Program-made: the position numbers and the translations under genes | NCBI RefSeq assembly: GCF_963921235.1 | Contig: NC_086097.1 | Span: 67,706,001-67,770,000, forward strand | Length of the DNA: 64,000 bases | Direction: 5' to 3' | Source of the DNA: Mobula hypostoma | Lineage: Eukaryota | In this document: positions 50,400 to 63,501 of the stretch, in pieces | Layout: every line of letters starts with the position of its first letter | How positions within the stretch are numbered: the first letter of the stretch is position 1 | Notes under the pieces: model-generated | Seen by the model: only the letters and a program-made list of their open reading frames with translations | What the model was told of the DNA's origin: nothing | Database searches by the model: none

Positions 50400-52230
50400 A
50401 CATGTAGGGAGGCACTCGAAAATATTAGGAAGACTAAGTGGGATCATTAGTCTTATCAGCAGACAGGATTAAGGTACATCCAAGGGAGTACTGTAAAAGT
50501 AAAGGGACAAACAGGGAAAGGACATGGTCCATTTGGAAGAAAAGAGACATTTTGTATGTGGAACCAAAGAAAGGTAAAGACAAGGTTCTCAATGAATACT
50601 TTTCATTGCTATTCACAATGGAAATAGACTTCACAGTTGGATTTCCATAGATGTTGCCTGGCCTGCTGAGTTCTTCCAGCATTTTGTGCGTGTTGCTCTC
50701 ATGTTTGTAGTTGAAGGGGTAGGTGCAAGTCTAATGTGGGTCTCCTTAAATGAAGAGGAGGTACTCGATGCCTTGACATGTTTAAGGGTAGTTAAATCTC
50801 CAGGACTAGATGAGATTTATCCCAGGGTTCTGGCTGAGATGTTAAAATCTTCATTGGACACAAGTGAGGTACCAGATAACTGGAAGGTAGTAAACATGGA
50901 CCCTCTTTTCAAGAAAGGCAGCAGGGATAAGCCTTGTTATTTAAAACCTATGAACCTAATATCTGTAGTAGGGAAGATACAGTATAAGAAAAAAACATTG
51001 AGAGAGAGGATTAATGTTTACTTGGAAAGGCAGGGATTAATGTAGCTTTGTCAAGGGGCAGATCTTGCATGACCAATTTGATTGAATTTTTGAAGAAGTA
51101 ACATGCATCAATAAGGGCAGGGCAGTAAATGTGATTTATATGACTAGTTCTGACATGGTTTAAAAGGTTAGGGTCTAAGGTGCCCAGGACAAGTTGGCAA
51201 ACTGGCTTCAAAGTTGGCTTGGTAATAAGGGAGGGTGAAGAGAAGGGTTGTTTTAGCAAATGGATGTCTCTGACTAGTCATTTCCCAGAAAGATTGATGC
51301 CAGGGCCCTGACTGCTTGTAAGATACATGAATGACTTGGATGTAGATGTGGAAAGGAAAATCAGTAAGTTTGCGGATGACATGAATATTGGCTGATTTGT
51401 TGATAGTGTGGAATGTAATCTTAGGCTCCAAAGGAATATCGATGCATGGGTAAAAAGGACTGAAAAATGACAGGTGTTAATTAATCCAGGCAAACGTGAG
51501 ATAATGCACTTTGAAAGCACAGATAAAGCTAGTACATAAATTATGAACAGTTCTAGGAGTACTGAGGAACAAAGGGACTTTGGAGTACAAGTCCATAGAT
51601 CCTTGATGGAATCAACAGAGTAGATAATAGGCTAGGAAGCCATTGGACTCTAGAGCATTGAATATAAAAATAGGGAGGTTATGCTCCAACTTTATATACA
51701 AGTCTCAATCTTGTTTAGATGAAGAACCACATGCAGTTCTGGTCACCAGAACGTGACAGTACTGACAGTGAAGGACGTGACAGTACTGGAAAGGAGATTC
51801 ACCAGGATGTTGCTTGGGATGGAGCAGTTAATGATGATGAGATTTCAGTGAAGGTAGGTCTGTTCTCCTTGGAGTAGAGGAGATTAAGAGGTGCCATAAT
51901 TGAGTTATATAAAAGTAGGGGGTATAGGAACCATTTCTCCTTATAAGAGATAACAAAAAACTGTAGGACCTGGAGGGTAAAGCCAAAGCGATATGGAGGG
52001 GATTCAAAGAGGCTTTCTTCACCTAGAGAGAGATGAAAACCTGAAAAGCACCGCATGAGAGAGTGATTGAATCTAGATCACTGACAGCACTTAAGAAGTG
52101 TCAAATTGAGTATTTGAAAAGCTTAGGCCTAGGGAGCTGTGGACCAAGTGTTACGTAATCGGATTAATATGAAAGGATGCTCATTGGTTAGTAGGGAAGA
52201 ATTGGACCTAATATCTGTTTCCGTGCTTTG
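50400..52230 (+). mobile_element. Decayed CR1 ORF2 fragment
   Basis: KSPGLDEIYPRVL...VPDNWKVVNMDPLFKKGSRDKP; MNDLDVDVERKISKFADD at ~51328. Confidence 0.85.
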
Positions 52231-54759
52231 CTCACAGTCGAAAAGACATCATTGTGTTCTTAAATAGGCCCTTGATTTGATTGGAACCACAAATTTGCAC
52301 TCAGTTTTGGTCCCTCGCATGGCAGATGACAGTAGCCTCAGACAAGGTTCATAAGAAGAGCCACAATAATTACTAATTTAAAGAACCTCAATTATTCATG
52401 ATAGGCTTAACAATCTGAGCCTAGTTTTATTCTGTAGTGCATATTTGAGACAACCTGAAACAATGTGGAAAACTGAACTTTGCACCTATTGGAAAATCAT
52501 TTGGATAAGATCAAGGTTCTTGCAAGTATGGGAATCGACTACTTGTTAATCATTTCATCTTATCCCAAAGAGAACTAAAACTTCAGAAGATGTTGTCAGC
52601 TTGAAATTTGCCACTTCAAAAGGGCCTTAATAAAAGGTAAGAAATTAACCTACTCCGAGGATGATCACCTTGTCGAGGTGGAGAGTTTTGTGACTGCTTG
52701 AGATCCCGAGAGCGATGCTGTGTGGAGTTTAGCTCCTGGTCGGGTCATCCATGGTTGTAAGGTTATGGGGAATGTTCCAGACAAAGAGCAATCCAACCAA
52801 GAGCTCAGCGGTAGAGCTGGCGGAAGATGATGACACATCACAGTGGCAGTGAAGGCAGAGGAAGGCGGAGGCAGTGAAGTGTCTTGCACTCCATGTCACT
52901 GGACTCTGACTCTGATCTGTCAAGGACCATGTGGTGGCTGTTCATACATAAGCCTCCCCATGTTAAACTAAGTCAGGCACGGCAACTTTCCATTAAGGGA
53001 ATCCATCCTAACATCTTGGATTAAGTCTCGTGGCGATTAGCAAGTGATGAAGGAAGTAGGATTGTGAAGTCAGGAAGTCCCTATCACAATATGGTACATT
53101 TGGCAGTGGGCGCTTGATTCATCACTCAGCTCTTGGACTGAGACAGAAAGAGCTCTTCCGCAGTGGAAACCACGACTGAGCAGCCTTATTTATGATCTAC
53201 TGTGCTCACCCCTCTCGGGCAAGAGGTAGAAAAAGGTGCTCTAAAAATAGCCTGCCTTGAAACCTCCTGACTGGATTACCGCATCCAGGAGGATCACCAT
53301 ATGTGGTTAGAAACAAAAGAACACGACATTTGGAGCCAGGAATGTGTGCATTCTGAAAGGTAGTGCAACAAGTGATTGACCAGAGAGGAAAACTGTGATC
53401 ATCGCCAGAGAACTGAGGAGATACCAGATTGACCTAGCTGATCTTTCTGAAATCTATCTGGCAGATGAAGGGCAACCGAGGGAAGAGAAGAGTGGTTACA
53501 CCTTCTTCTGGAAAGGGAAGGCAGCTGATGAGCCTAGGATCCATGATGTTGGGTTTGCAATAAAGAACCAGCTTGTCTGTTAATTCTGTGAACTTCCAGT
53601 GGGGGTCAGTGAACACCTCATGACGATCCATTTTGTGCTTACCAACAACCAGATGGCAATTATTTTGAGTGCTTTACACCAGCTCTAGGTTCAAGTGAAT
53701 ATCAAAAAGAGGCCTTCTACACTTGCTGAGGTGCAATATTGTTGGGCATCCCCAAGAAGGCTAAGATAATTCTCTTAGGGGGGCTTCAACCTTTGTTGGG
53801 ATACCATAGGAAAGGAAGGCGTTAGCAATATCAACTCAGATGGAGCACTGCTTCTCAATATATGCACAATCTTATCATCATGAACACTCTCTTCCACCAG
53901 AACAAGCAACTTCAAGACATCTTGGCAGCACCCCTAACCTAAACAATCTATGTCATTATTTGTGCTAGGGACCATCATGATGTGAATATCACAAGGGTCA
54001 TGATTGGCACAGATGACTGCTGGATAGATCATGGCCTGATCTGTTTTACCATGTCCATCAGAATCATGAAAAAAATGATTCCTAAGTAGCAGATCAGGCC
54101 AAGATGAAAACTGGAGTGCCTGCTTGACATTGCCACTCAAAAGCGCCTTCAGGCCTCGTGTGGAGGAAACCTCCAACGGTATTATCTAGAAGATATCAAA
54201 CAACACTGCAGTCTGCTTAAATTCACCATCCCCAATACCATCAAAAACATCCTTGGGTACAAGACCAGAAAACATCAGGATTGCAGATAGAACAACTTAC
54301 CTCCAAGAAAAGGAAAACCTTTTGTGTCTAGCAGATGACATCAGCAGCAAGGCAAAAAGAGAAGCTTACTTCAGAGCCAAGGCAAATGTCCACTGCAGAG
54401 TGAGGGAGCTAAATAATTCTTAGTGGACTGTAAAACCTCTGGAAGTCCAGAGACTGGCAGACTCTGGTGACACAAGAGACTTCTTCAGTGCCACCAAATC
54501 AGTCTATAGTCCAAGTTACTGTAGAATAAACCCTCTGCACTCAAAGAACAGGAAGAACTTGCAACGGGATTGGAGGGGTAGCAACAAGTGATAGAGAGAG
54601 CACTTTTAAGAACTTCTTAATTACTTCAACACTGCTGAACCAGACATTACTAACCAGGTGGTTGAGAGAGCCGTGAGAGAAGACATGTGGGTACCTCCCA
54701 GTGTGAAAGAGGTTTGTGATGCCATCAGGTGCCTGAAAAGCCACAAAGAAGCACTTGGA

Positions 54760-56538
54760 TGGTATGTTGCCTCCCAGGTGCCAGGGTTAGGAATGTCTCC
54801 AATCAGGTCCACAATATTCCAAAAGGGGAGAGCGAGCAGCCAGAAGTTGTGGCATGTATTGGTACCAACGACATAGTAGGAAAAGGGAAGAGGTCCTGAA
54901 GACAGGATTTAGGGAATTAGGTAGAAAGTTGAAAAGCAGGACTTGCAGGGTAGTGATCTTTGGATTGCTACCTGTGTCATGTGCCAGTGAGGATAGGAAG
55001 ATTTGGCAGATGAGTGTGTGGCTGAAGAATTGACAGGGTTATAGATTTCTGGATCATTGGAATCTCTTCTGGGGAAAGTATGATCTGCTCAAAAAAAGGA
55101 TGGGTTGCACCTGAACCCGAGGGAGGCCAATATCTCATGGGAAGGTTTGCTAGTCCTATCGGGGAGGGGGGATGGGGACATTGTGGGCATTACTGAGTTG
55201 AGGCTGAAAGAAGATCATAGTTGGGAGTTTAACATCCAAGAATATACCTTGTATTGAAACGACAGGCAGGTAGGCAGAGGGGTTGGGGTGGCTCTTTTGG
55301 TAAGAAATGAGATCAAGTATTTAAAAAGAGGTGACAGAGGTTCAGAAAATGTAAGATCTTTGTGAGTACAGTTAAGAAACAGCAAGGGTATAAGACAGGT
55401 ACATCAGGCTTGGAAAAATAGAGGGCCATGGGTAAGCCTAGGTAGTTCTAAGGTAAGGACATGTTTGGCACAGCTTTGTGGGCCAAAGGGCCAGTACTGT
55501 GCTGTAGGTTTTCTATGTTTCTATGTTTCTACAGTGATCATAATAAATGGGGCCTTTTCTGGTTGGCTGTCAGAGACTGGTGGTGTTCTGCAGGTGTCAT
55601 TGTTGGGACTGTACTTTTCACATTATATGTCAATGATTTGGATGAATGAATTGATGGATTTGTGGCCAAGTTTGTGGATGATATGCAGAAGGATTTAGAG
55701 AGATTGGGAGAATGGATAAAAAAATGGTAAAGATGAATATAATGAAGGGAAGTATATGGTCATGCACATTGGTAGCAAGGTGTAGACTGTTTTCTAACCG
55801 GGGAGAAATTCAAATATCAGAGGTGCAAAGGGAAGTCCTCATGCAGGATTCCCTAAAGGTTAACTTGCATGTTCTGTCAGTGGTGAGGAAGCTAAATGCA
55901 TTGTTAGCATTCATTTCTAGAGGGCTAGAATATAAAAGCAAGGATGTAATGCTGAGGCTTTATAGAGCATTGGTCAGACCACTGTTGGAATACTGTGAGA
56001 AGTATTTGACCCCCTATCTAAGAAAATATGGCAGAAATTGGACAGGGTCCAGTGGAGGTTCACAAGAATGATTCCAGGAATGAAAGGTTTAACTTAGGAA
56101 GAGTGTTTCATGGCTCTGGGCCTGAAATCCCTATAATTTAGAAGAATAAGGGGGGATCTCACTAAAACATTTCAAATATTGAAAGGCCTAGATAGAGTGA
56201 ATGTGGAGATGATGTTTCCTATAGTGGGCGAGTCTAGGACCAGAGGCCACAGCATCAGAATAGAGAGACAACCATTTTAAATAGAAATGAGGAGGAATTT
56301 TTTCAGCCAGAGGGTAGTGAATCTTGTAAAACCCATTGTCATAGACAGCTGTGCAGGCCAAGTCATTCGTATATTTACAATCGAGGTTGCTCGGTTCTTG
56401 ATCAGTCAGGGCATCAAATGTTACAAGGAGAAGACAAGAGAATGGGGTTGGAGGGATAATAAATCAGCCATGATGAAATAGCGGAGCAGAACTGATGGGA
56501 CAAATGTCCTAATTTTGCTCGTATATCTTATGGTCTTA
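54760..56538 (+). mobile_element. CR1 fragments nested in RTE (ORF1 esterase, APE, RT, 3' UTR; extra CR1 tail at ~55400-55531)
   Basis: FLDHWNLFWG; LFTLYVNDLDE; RLYRALVRPLLEYCE; RRNFFSQRVVNL. Confidence 0.85.
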
Positions 56539-57012
56539 CGAATTCTGAGACCACTGTATAATTACACGTCAGCCACAGTACTCAGGAATAGCGGCGCTGA
56601 ATCTGAACCCTTCACTGTCAAGACAGGAGCCAAACAGGCCTGCATGATTGAGCCCTCCCTATTTGTCATCTTTATTGCTGCCATCCTTTACCTCATTAGC
56701 CAAGACCTGCCACAGGGAATTCCAATTGTGTATAAAATGGACACCAGGCTTTTCAACCTCAACCAGTTCAAAGCCACAGACAAGGTCAGCACCACCACTA
56801 TCATGGAGTTTCAGTATACGATGACAGTGCCATCGCAGCACACTCTGAAGGAGACCTCCAATGTACCCTGAATGCCTTTTGCAAAGGCATATAGGGACCT
56901 GGGTCTTGTTTTGAATATAAAAAAGACACAGGTCCCACATCAGCCACCACCCAACCAGCTATTTATCCAGCTCTCCATAAAATTTGACGATATCGTCCTT
57001 GAAAAAGTAGAC

Positions 57013-57974
57013 AAATGTGTTGGAGAAGGTGCGGCTCTAAGGAGGCAAATCATTTTCATATTTTCTGGGATTGCCCTAAATTAAGTCTATTTTAGGAAGG
57101 TATTCATAGAACATTAGTTAAGGTACTTAGGTCCCAGATACCTCTGAACTTTGAGACGCTCTATTTGGGGCATGTATTGTTCCTTGAACAGAAGGAAGAT
57201 ATAAAGTTGCTGCAGGCCCTCTTAGCGGCAAGTAAGAAATCAATCACTAGAAAATGGCTAAATCCAATACCACCTACATTAGAAGATTGGTACGAAATTA
57301 CCTTGGAAATATTTAAAATGGAAAAGTTGACCTACTCCCTGAGAACTCAAAAAGAAACATTTTATCAAATCTGGAATAAATGGATTGAATATATAACACC
57401 AATGCGAGCAGACTTTAGATGACTCTCCTAATGATTTATATTGCTCTTCTCATCAACACAGTAATATTGCTAACGTAAGCACCCCTAGTCTAAATGTTTG
57501 TTGTTTTTTTTTGGAAAATAGAGAATTAACACAAGTAAAGGGAAAGATTTGGGAAAGGGATAAAAAAAAATGAAAAAATTAAGTAAATAAGTACATAGGG
57601 ATTGGATAATTATGTCTGCGGGCAGGAACAAGCACGAACAAATTGGGATATAAACACCTACAATGGTTGGTATATAGGCTTGTATGCAACATTTTGGACC
57701 AGTGGAAATGGTCCAGAAGGGTTGTATGGAAACTATTATTACCATTTTTCTTAACAACTAATTTCATTACTTAGCCTAATAGGTTAGATTTACCACAGTA
57801 CATAATTATCTATTTAAATGTTTATTTTGCTTTTATATCATCTCAATGTGTACTTAAGAATGTATAAATAATTGTAGTTTTATACATATAAAAAAATGGA
57901 AAAGGTTATATGTATGAAAAAAGTGCATGATAATTGTGAACTCCTTATCCAAATAAAAATAAAATAAAAAAAAA
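57013..57974 (+). mobile_element. L1-clade LINE, 5'-truncated 3' end with poly(A) and 12-bp TSD
   Basis: CCHC knuckle CWRRCGSKEANHFHIFWDC, then ...AASKKSITRKWLNPIPPTLEDW...IWNKW. AATAAA plus A-tail; TSD GAAAAAGTAGAC (57001-57012, 57975-57986). Confidence 0.92.
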
Positions 57975-59834
57975 GAAAAAGTAGACCAATTCCCTACCTT
58001 GGCAATGAGACATTGACTCAGAGATCAACCACTGCATGAGTAGCGTTATTTGGAGCTATGCAAGATTAAGGAAAAGAATTTTGACAACTGCCTATAGTGC
58101 AGTTGTCCTTCCTACATTACAGCATGGAGCTGAATCATGGACCACTTACTGCAGGTACCTGAAAGCCCTGGAACAATAATACCAAAGAACCTTACAAAAG
58201 ATTTTGGAGATCAGCTGGAAGGACAAATGCACTACATCAGTGTAGTGGAGGAGGCCAACATGAACAGCATCTCCACCACGATAAAGCAACACCAACTCTG
58301 CTGAATAGGTTATGTTATCTGGGTGCCTAATTCATATCTTCTCAGATACTTTATTCCCAATTGAAGGATGGTCAATGAGTCCCTAGAGGGCAAAGGAAAT
58401 GCTTCAAAGATAACTTCAAAATCAGCCTGAAGAAATTCAACATCACATCTAAAAACTGGGAAGACATTGCACTCAATAGATACACCTAGAGAAAATCTGT
58501 TCAAGAGGGAGCTGCGCTACAATGAATGTGACCTCTGCAATGGTGCAAAGAATAGGCAGCAACTGCAAAAGTTAATCAAAAGACCCAACCACCAACCACA
58601 GGTACCACTTACTCTTGCCTCACACTGCATCAGAATACATGGATCAGCCTCCTAAGGACCTACCTTGGTAGAACATCACACTCGACTTGAGTGAATGCGC
58701 TACTACTCGGCTGAAGAAGTTTTGTTACCTCTTCCAGGAAATTACATGGCAGCCAAGCATCACAAGTGTGGAGCAAGCTTGATACATGGTAACAGTTTAC
58801 CTTCCATTAAAGTTAATAGAAAATTAAATGCAGCACTTAGAGAGTTGTTTCTTGCAGTCCTGCAATGTTAGTACATTCATAACTCAGCTATAACTCAGCT
58901 GGAGTCAAGAGAAAATTAAAATTGGGAAAAAGTATAACTGTTGACACTTGATCTGCTAAGTCTCCTCCAGAAACATTATACTGAGATTACCTCCATTAAA
59001 TTTCAGTCTAAAGCATGATTTACCAGAGCAGCCAAATGAGATTATTCACCGAGCATATTTTAAACATATTTATTTTATTTTATGGCGGGATTTATAATTA
59101 ATATTGCAACTTAATTTAGATCATGACATGCACTATTCCCTTATCAAGAAATGCAATTACCAGCTTATTTACAGATCTTTAAAGCAACCAGAATATTCAG
59201 AATTACTCCCAAAGACAAAATGCCAAGGCTTCTGGAACCAGAAATTTTTTAAACTGTGAATCACATTACTAACTTCTATGTTGTAAACATGCTATTTTTA
59301 AGCAATAACACTTGACATTTCATTGCAAATTACACAACATAAACCAGTAGTTTTCCAGAAGGCCTGCAAAATTACTTTACTGATTTATAGATCTGGACAG
59401 ACTTCCCTGACAGAAAAAAATATTTTTCTATTTTATCCAGCTTTGTTTTGCAATCCCTGGTTAGCAAGCGAGTGATGGGAGATGGCTTCCTAATGCCATG
59501 TTAATTAAGACAAAGCATTCCGTTGGAACATTTGATACACTTGCCAAACTACAAAGTCTATTTTCCACACTGAAATTCTCTTTCCAATTACAGATTCTGT
59601 TTTATTACTTTAGGACTTTTAGTAGGCTTAAATATAATTTAGAAATCTATGCATTTGCACAATATAATAAGCAATAGCCATTAAATATAAGTAAGTGATC
59701 TGTTTTATTGATAGTTCCCTTTTTCTGGGAACAGGAGATATTTTTATATGAATGGGAGTACTCTGAGCTCATTGAGGTAATGGTGCATCCACTGCAATAC
59801 ACACAAAATTGCAGGAGGAACTCAGCAAGTCAGG

Positions 59835-60985
59835 CAGTAATCTCTGGATTGCTGCCTGTGCCACATATCAGTGAGGGTAAGAATAGGATGATTTGGCAGG
59901 TGAATGCACGGCTGAGGAATTGGTGCAGGGGACAGGAATCCAGATTTATGGATCATTGGGATCTCTTCTGGGGAAGGTATGACCTGTACAAAAGGGTTGG
60001 GTTACACCTGAACCCAAGGGGGTCTAATAATCTCGTGGGCAGGTTAGCTAGACTTATTTGGGTGGGTTTAAGCTAATTTGGCAAGGGGATGGGAAACTAG
60101 AGTAATAGTGCTTAAGATGAGGTAGTTGGTTTACAAACAAAGTCAATGTGTAGTGAAACTCCAAGTATGGAGAGGCTGATGATAGGGAAAAATTGCAGTC
60201 AACAGGATGAGTTGAAATGTAAAAGGTGAACAAAATTAAAAAGGGTGAACATAGGACTGAAGGTGTTATATTTGAATGCAAGCAGTATATGGAATAAGGT
60301 CGATGAACTTGTAACCCAGTTACAGATTGCATGTATGGTGATATAGGCATCAGTGAATAATGACTGAAAGAATATTATAACTGGGAGCATAATGTCCATG
60401 GATATACATAGTATCAAAAGGACAGGCAAGAAGGCAGAGAGGGTGGCATTGCTCTGTTGGTAAAAAATGAAATCAAATCATTAGAAAGAGGTGACAGAGG
60501 GTCAGAATGTGTTGAATCACTGTGGATGGAGCTAAGGAACTGCAAGGGTAAATAGACCTTGTTGGGAGTTATTTACAGAACCCCAAACAGCAGCAGGGAT
60601 GTGGTTTGCAAGTTACAGTTGGAGATAGAAAATGCATACCAAAAGGGCAATGTTACAATGGACATGGTCGATTTTATATGTAGTTAGATAGGTAAAAATC
60701 AGGTTGGTGCTGGATTCCAAGAGGGGTAATTTCTGGAATGCCTACAAGATGGCTTTTTAGAGCAACTCATGGCTGAACCCACTAGGGGATCAGCTATTCT
60801 GGATTGGGTGTTGTGCATTGAACCAGAACTGAGGTAACAGACCCTTAGGGGAAATGATCATTATATGATTGAATTCATCCTGAAATTTGAGAAGGAGAAG
60901 CTAACGTCAGATGTATCAGTATTACAGTGGAGTAAAGGGAATTACAGAGGCATGAGAGGAGTTGGCCAGAGTTGATTGGAAATGT
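59835..60985 (+). mobile_element. CR1 fragment (ORF1 SGNH-esterase domain plus APE)
   Basis: VISGLLPVPH...LRNWCRGQESRFMDHWDLFWGRYDLYKRVGLHLN; GLKVLYLNASSIWNK. Confidence 0.88.
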
Positions 60986-60989
60986 TAGA

Positions 60990-61305
60990 GATGTTTCTGC
61001 CGACAGGGACTGACTGTGGCCTTTCTGGTAAGAAGTCCAAGACTCAGTTATAGACAGAGGTGTTGAGACCCAACGAGGACCGTTTACTCACCAACTTCTG
61101 AAGAATAACTATATTCAACACCAAGCTGAAGTCAATAAAGAGCATCCTGGCATAAAAGGTACTATTTTCCAGATGGGATAGGATGGAGGGGAGGGCAGAG
61201 GCTCTGATATCATCAGTGGGGCTGACTTGAGCAATAAGCGAACTGGAAGGGGCCCAAAGTAGCAGGAAGATGGGATTTAATGTGATCTATAAACAGCCAC
61301 TCTAC
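60990..61305 (-). mobile_element. Rex1-like RT fragment
   Basis: Minus strand PFQFAYCSS...HLENSTFYARMLFIDFSLVLNI. Confidence 0.7.
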
Positions 61306-61444
61306 TCGAGAACGTGGAAAATTTTCCAGATACTTGTTTGCAAAAGCAGGACCCATTTACGTTTTGTCAGGGCAACTGGCTGCAGATATCATTACAGCCT
61401 TAGTTCAAACATGGCTCAAAGATATAAATTTCAAAGACCGTAAT

Positions 61445-62133
61445 GCTATAAGATATAGGAGCAGAATTAGGCTATTCAGGCCATCGAGTCTGCTCTGTCA
61501 TTCCATCATGGCTAATCCCAGATCCCACTCAACTTCATAGACCTGCCTTCTTGCCATATTCTTCGATGCCCTGACCAATCAGGAAAGATCAACTTCTGCA
61601 TCAAATATACCCCTGGAGTTGGCCTCCACCGCAGTCTGTGGCAGAACATCTCACAGATTTCCTACTCTCTAGCTAAAAACGTTCCTCTTGAACTCTGTTT
61701 TAAAAGGTTTCTCCTCAGTTTTGAGGCTGTGCCCTCTAGTTCTGGATACACCCACCTTAGGAAACATCCTCTTCACATCCACCCTATTTAGTTCTTTCAA
61801 TATTCAGTAGGTTTCAATGAGATCTCTCTGCATTCTTCTAAATTCCAGTGAATACAGGCCCAAAACTGCCAAATGCTCCTCATATGTTAACCCCTTAATT
61901 CATGGTTTCATCCTCATGAACCTCCTCTGGACTCTTTCTAATGGCAACACATCCTTTCTGAGATATGGGACCCAAAACTGTTGACAATACGCTAAGTGCA
62001 GTCTGACTGGTGTCTTATAAAGTCTCAGCATTATCTCCAATGGCAACACATTCTTTCTGAGATGAGGGGCCCAAAACTGTTCACAATACTCCATGTGCGG
62101 CCTGACAGGTATCTTATAAAGGCTCAGCATTAT
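61445..62133 (-). mobile_element. CR1 3' fragment with internal 99-bp tandem duplication
   Basis: MLSLYKIPVRPHMEYCEQFWAPHLRKNVLPLE repeated as MLRLYKTPVRLHLAYCQQFWVPYLRKDVLPLE. Confidence 0.85.
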
Positions 62134-62134
62134 G

Positions 62135-62302
62135 TAAACAACAGGAATTCTGCAGATGCTGGAAATTCAAGCAACACACATCAAAGTTGCTGGTGAACGC
62201 AGCAGGCCAGGCAGCATCTCCAGGAAGTGGTACAGTCGACGTTTCAGGCCGAGACCCTTCGTCAGGACTAACTGAGGGAAGAGTTAGTAAGAGATTTGAA
62301 AG
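62135..62302 (-). mobile_element. Short Penelope-terminus element (distinct, CpG-retaining subfamily)
   Basis: AAACAACAGGAATTCTGCAGATGCTGG...GCTGGTGAACGCAGCAGGCCAGGCAGCATC. Confidence 0.88.
62233..62270 (-). ncRNA. Minimal type I hammerhead ribozyme, core intact
   Basis: Minus strand reads UAGUC-CUGACGA-A-GGGU-CUCG-GCCU-GAAAC-GUC/GACUG. Confidence 0.8.
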
Positions 62303-62857
62303 CTTTATTCAGGCGTCAGTGGTAAGATCAGCTACCTGCCTTTGAGAGGGTGGTGGTGAGCCACTAGAATCTTGTTGGACTAAGTGGTTCCATGATATTT
62401 GAAGGAAAAATATGAAGTCACATCAAGACAGTATCTAACGAAGTGTAGTTGGAGGTGTTTGGTAAAACAGAGCTCACTAGACATTAAGAGATAAACACAC
62501 TGTTGCACAAAGGAAGGTGGTTTTGTTGGTGAATAAATCCAACCCCAGGATTAGGCTCAACTGCCTTCCAACAAAATGTCAGAAGTGAGAATATTCATTG
62601 ATGATTGCAGAAAATAATCTCCATTGAAAATTCATGCTGGCATCCAGCAAGAAAACGCTGATAAGTAGCAAATACCACCTCTGTCAACTACTTTTGTGAA
62701 GTTCCTCATCAATAACACCATTAACCAGAAACTCATTAGGGCCAGCCACACACACAATGACAACAGGAGTACATCATATCCTCTGACTCACTTCCTGAAA
62801 CCTCATAACCTCATATCAGCAGTATGATGGAATGCCCTCCTGTTGTTTGTGGAGTAA

Positions 62858-63368
62858 AGGCTGATTTATACTTCTGCGTCAAATGGACGCTGTAACCTAC
62901 GTAAGTGGCCTACTCACAATGCTAAGTCGTGAGCATTTATACTTGTGCATTGGTGTGTCTGCTTCACTCTGCAATTCGCGCATGTCACGCATGCGCACAC
63001 ACCTGCCCGTGCAAGGCTTCATGGTCATGGTAGTCTTTCTCGGGGTAAACACGTTTAAAGCGAGCATTTTCTTTGTAAAAGTGATATGTGTCCTCCATAA
63101 TATTGGAGGTCTGTAAAGCTTTATGGAAAGCATTGCAGCCAGAGTTCCTTCCCTGCTCTTCAGTCGCCCAATGGGAAGCTACTGTAGCTAAGGAGGAAAT
63201 GCAATGCTACCAACCAGACCAATCACAGTTGTTGTGGTGTGCATTGCTGCGACACGTAGTTACATTTTGGGAGAGGTGCATGTCAGGCTACGGCGTAGAC
63301 ATCCACGTAGGGTTCGCGACGACGCCGTACTTACGGCGCCCATTTGATGCAGAAGTATAAATCAGCCT
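62858..63368. mobile_element. PIF/Harbinger (Tourist-like) MITE
   Basis: TIRs AGGCTGATTTATACTTCTGCGTCAAATGG / CCATTTGATGCAGAAGTATAAATCAGCCT; TAA TSD (62855-62857, 63369-63371). Confidence 0.9.
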
Positions 63369-63501
63369 TAAGGCTCCAACACAACTTTCAAAATGCTAAC
63401 CAGAAAAGGTAGTTGCTTGATTGCTACCCAGTTGACTACCCCAAAACATTTCTTGTCTCTACCACCATTGCTTCTTGGTTGCAATGGAGGTATGCACTGT
63501 A

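Larger units (their letters stand above)
52662..58707 (+). mobile_element. RTE-clade (BovB/Expander-like) LINE, decayed, both ends present, two nested insertions
   Basis: 5' end CACCTTGTCGAGGTGGAGAG...CCAGACAAAGAGCAATCC. APE: IARELRRYQIDLADLSE...GYTFFWKG. RT: SEPFTVKTGAKQACMIEPSLF. EKVDQFPYLG after the L1 insertion; CTACTACT tail. Confidence 0.85.
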
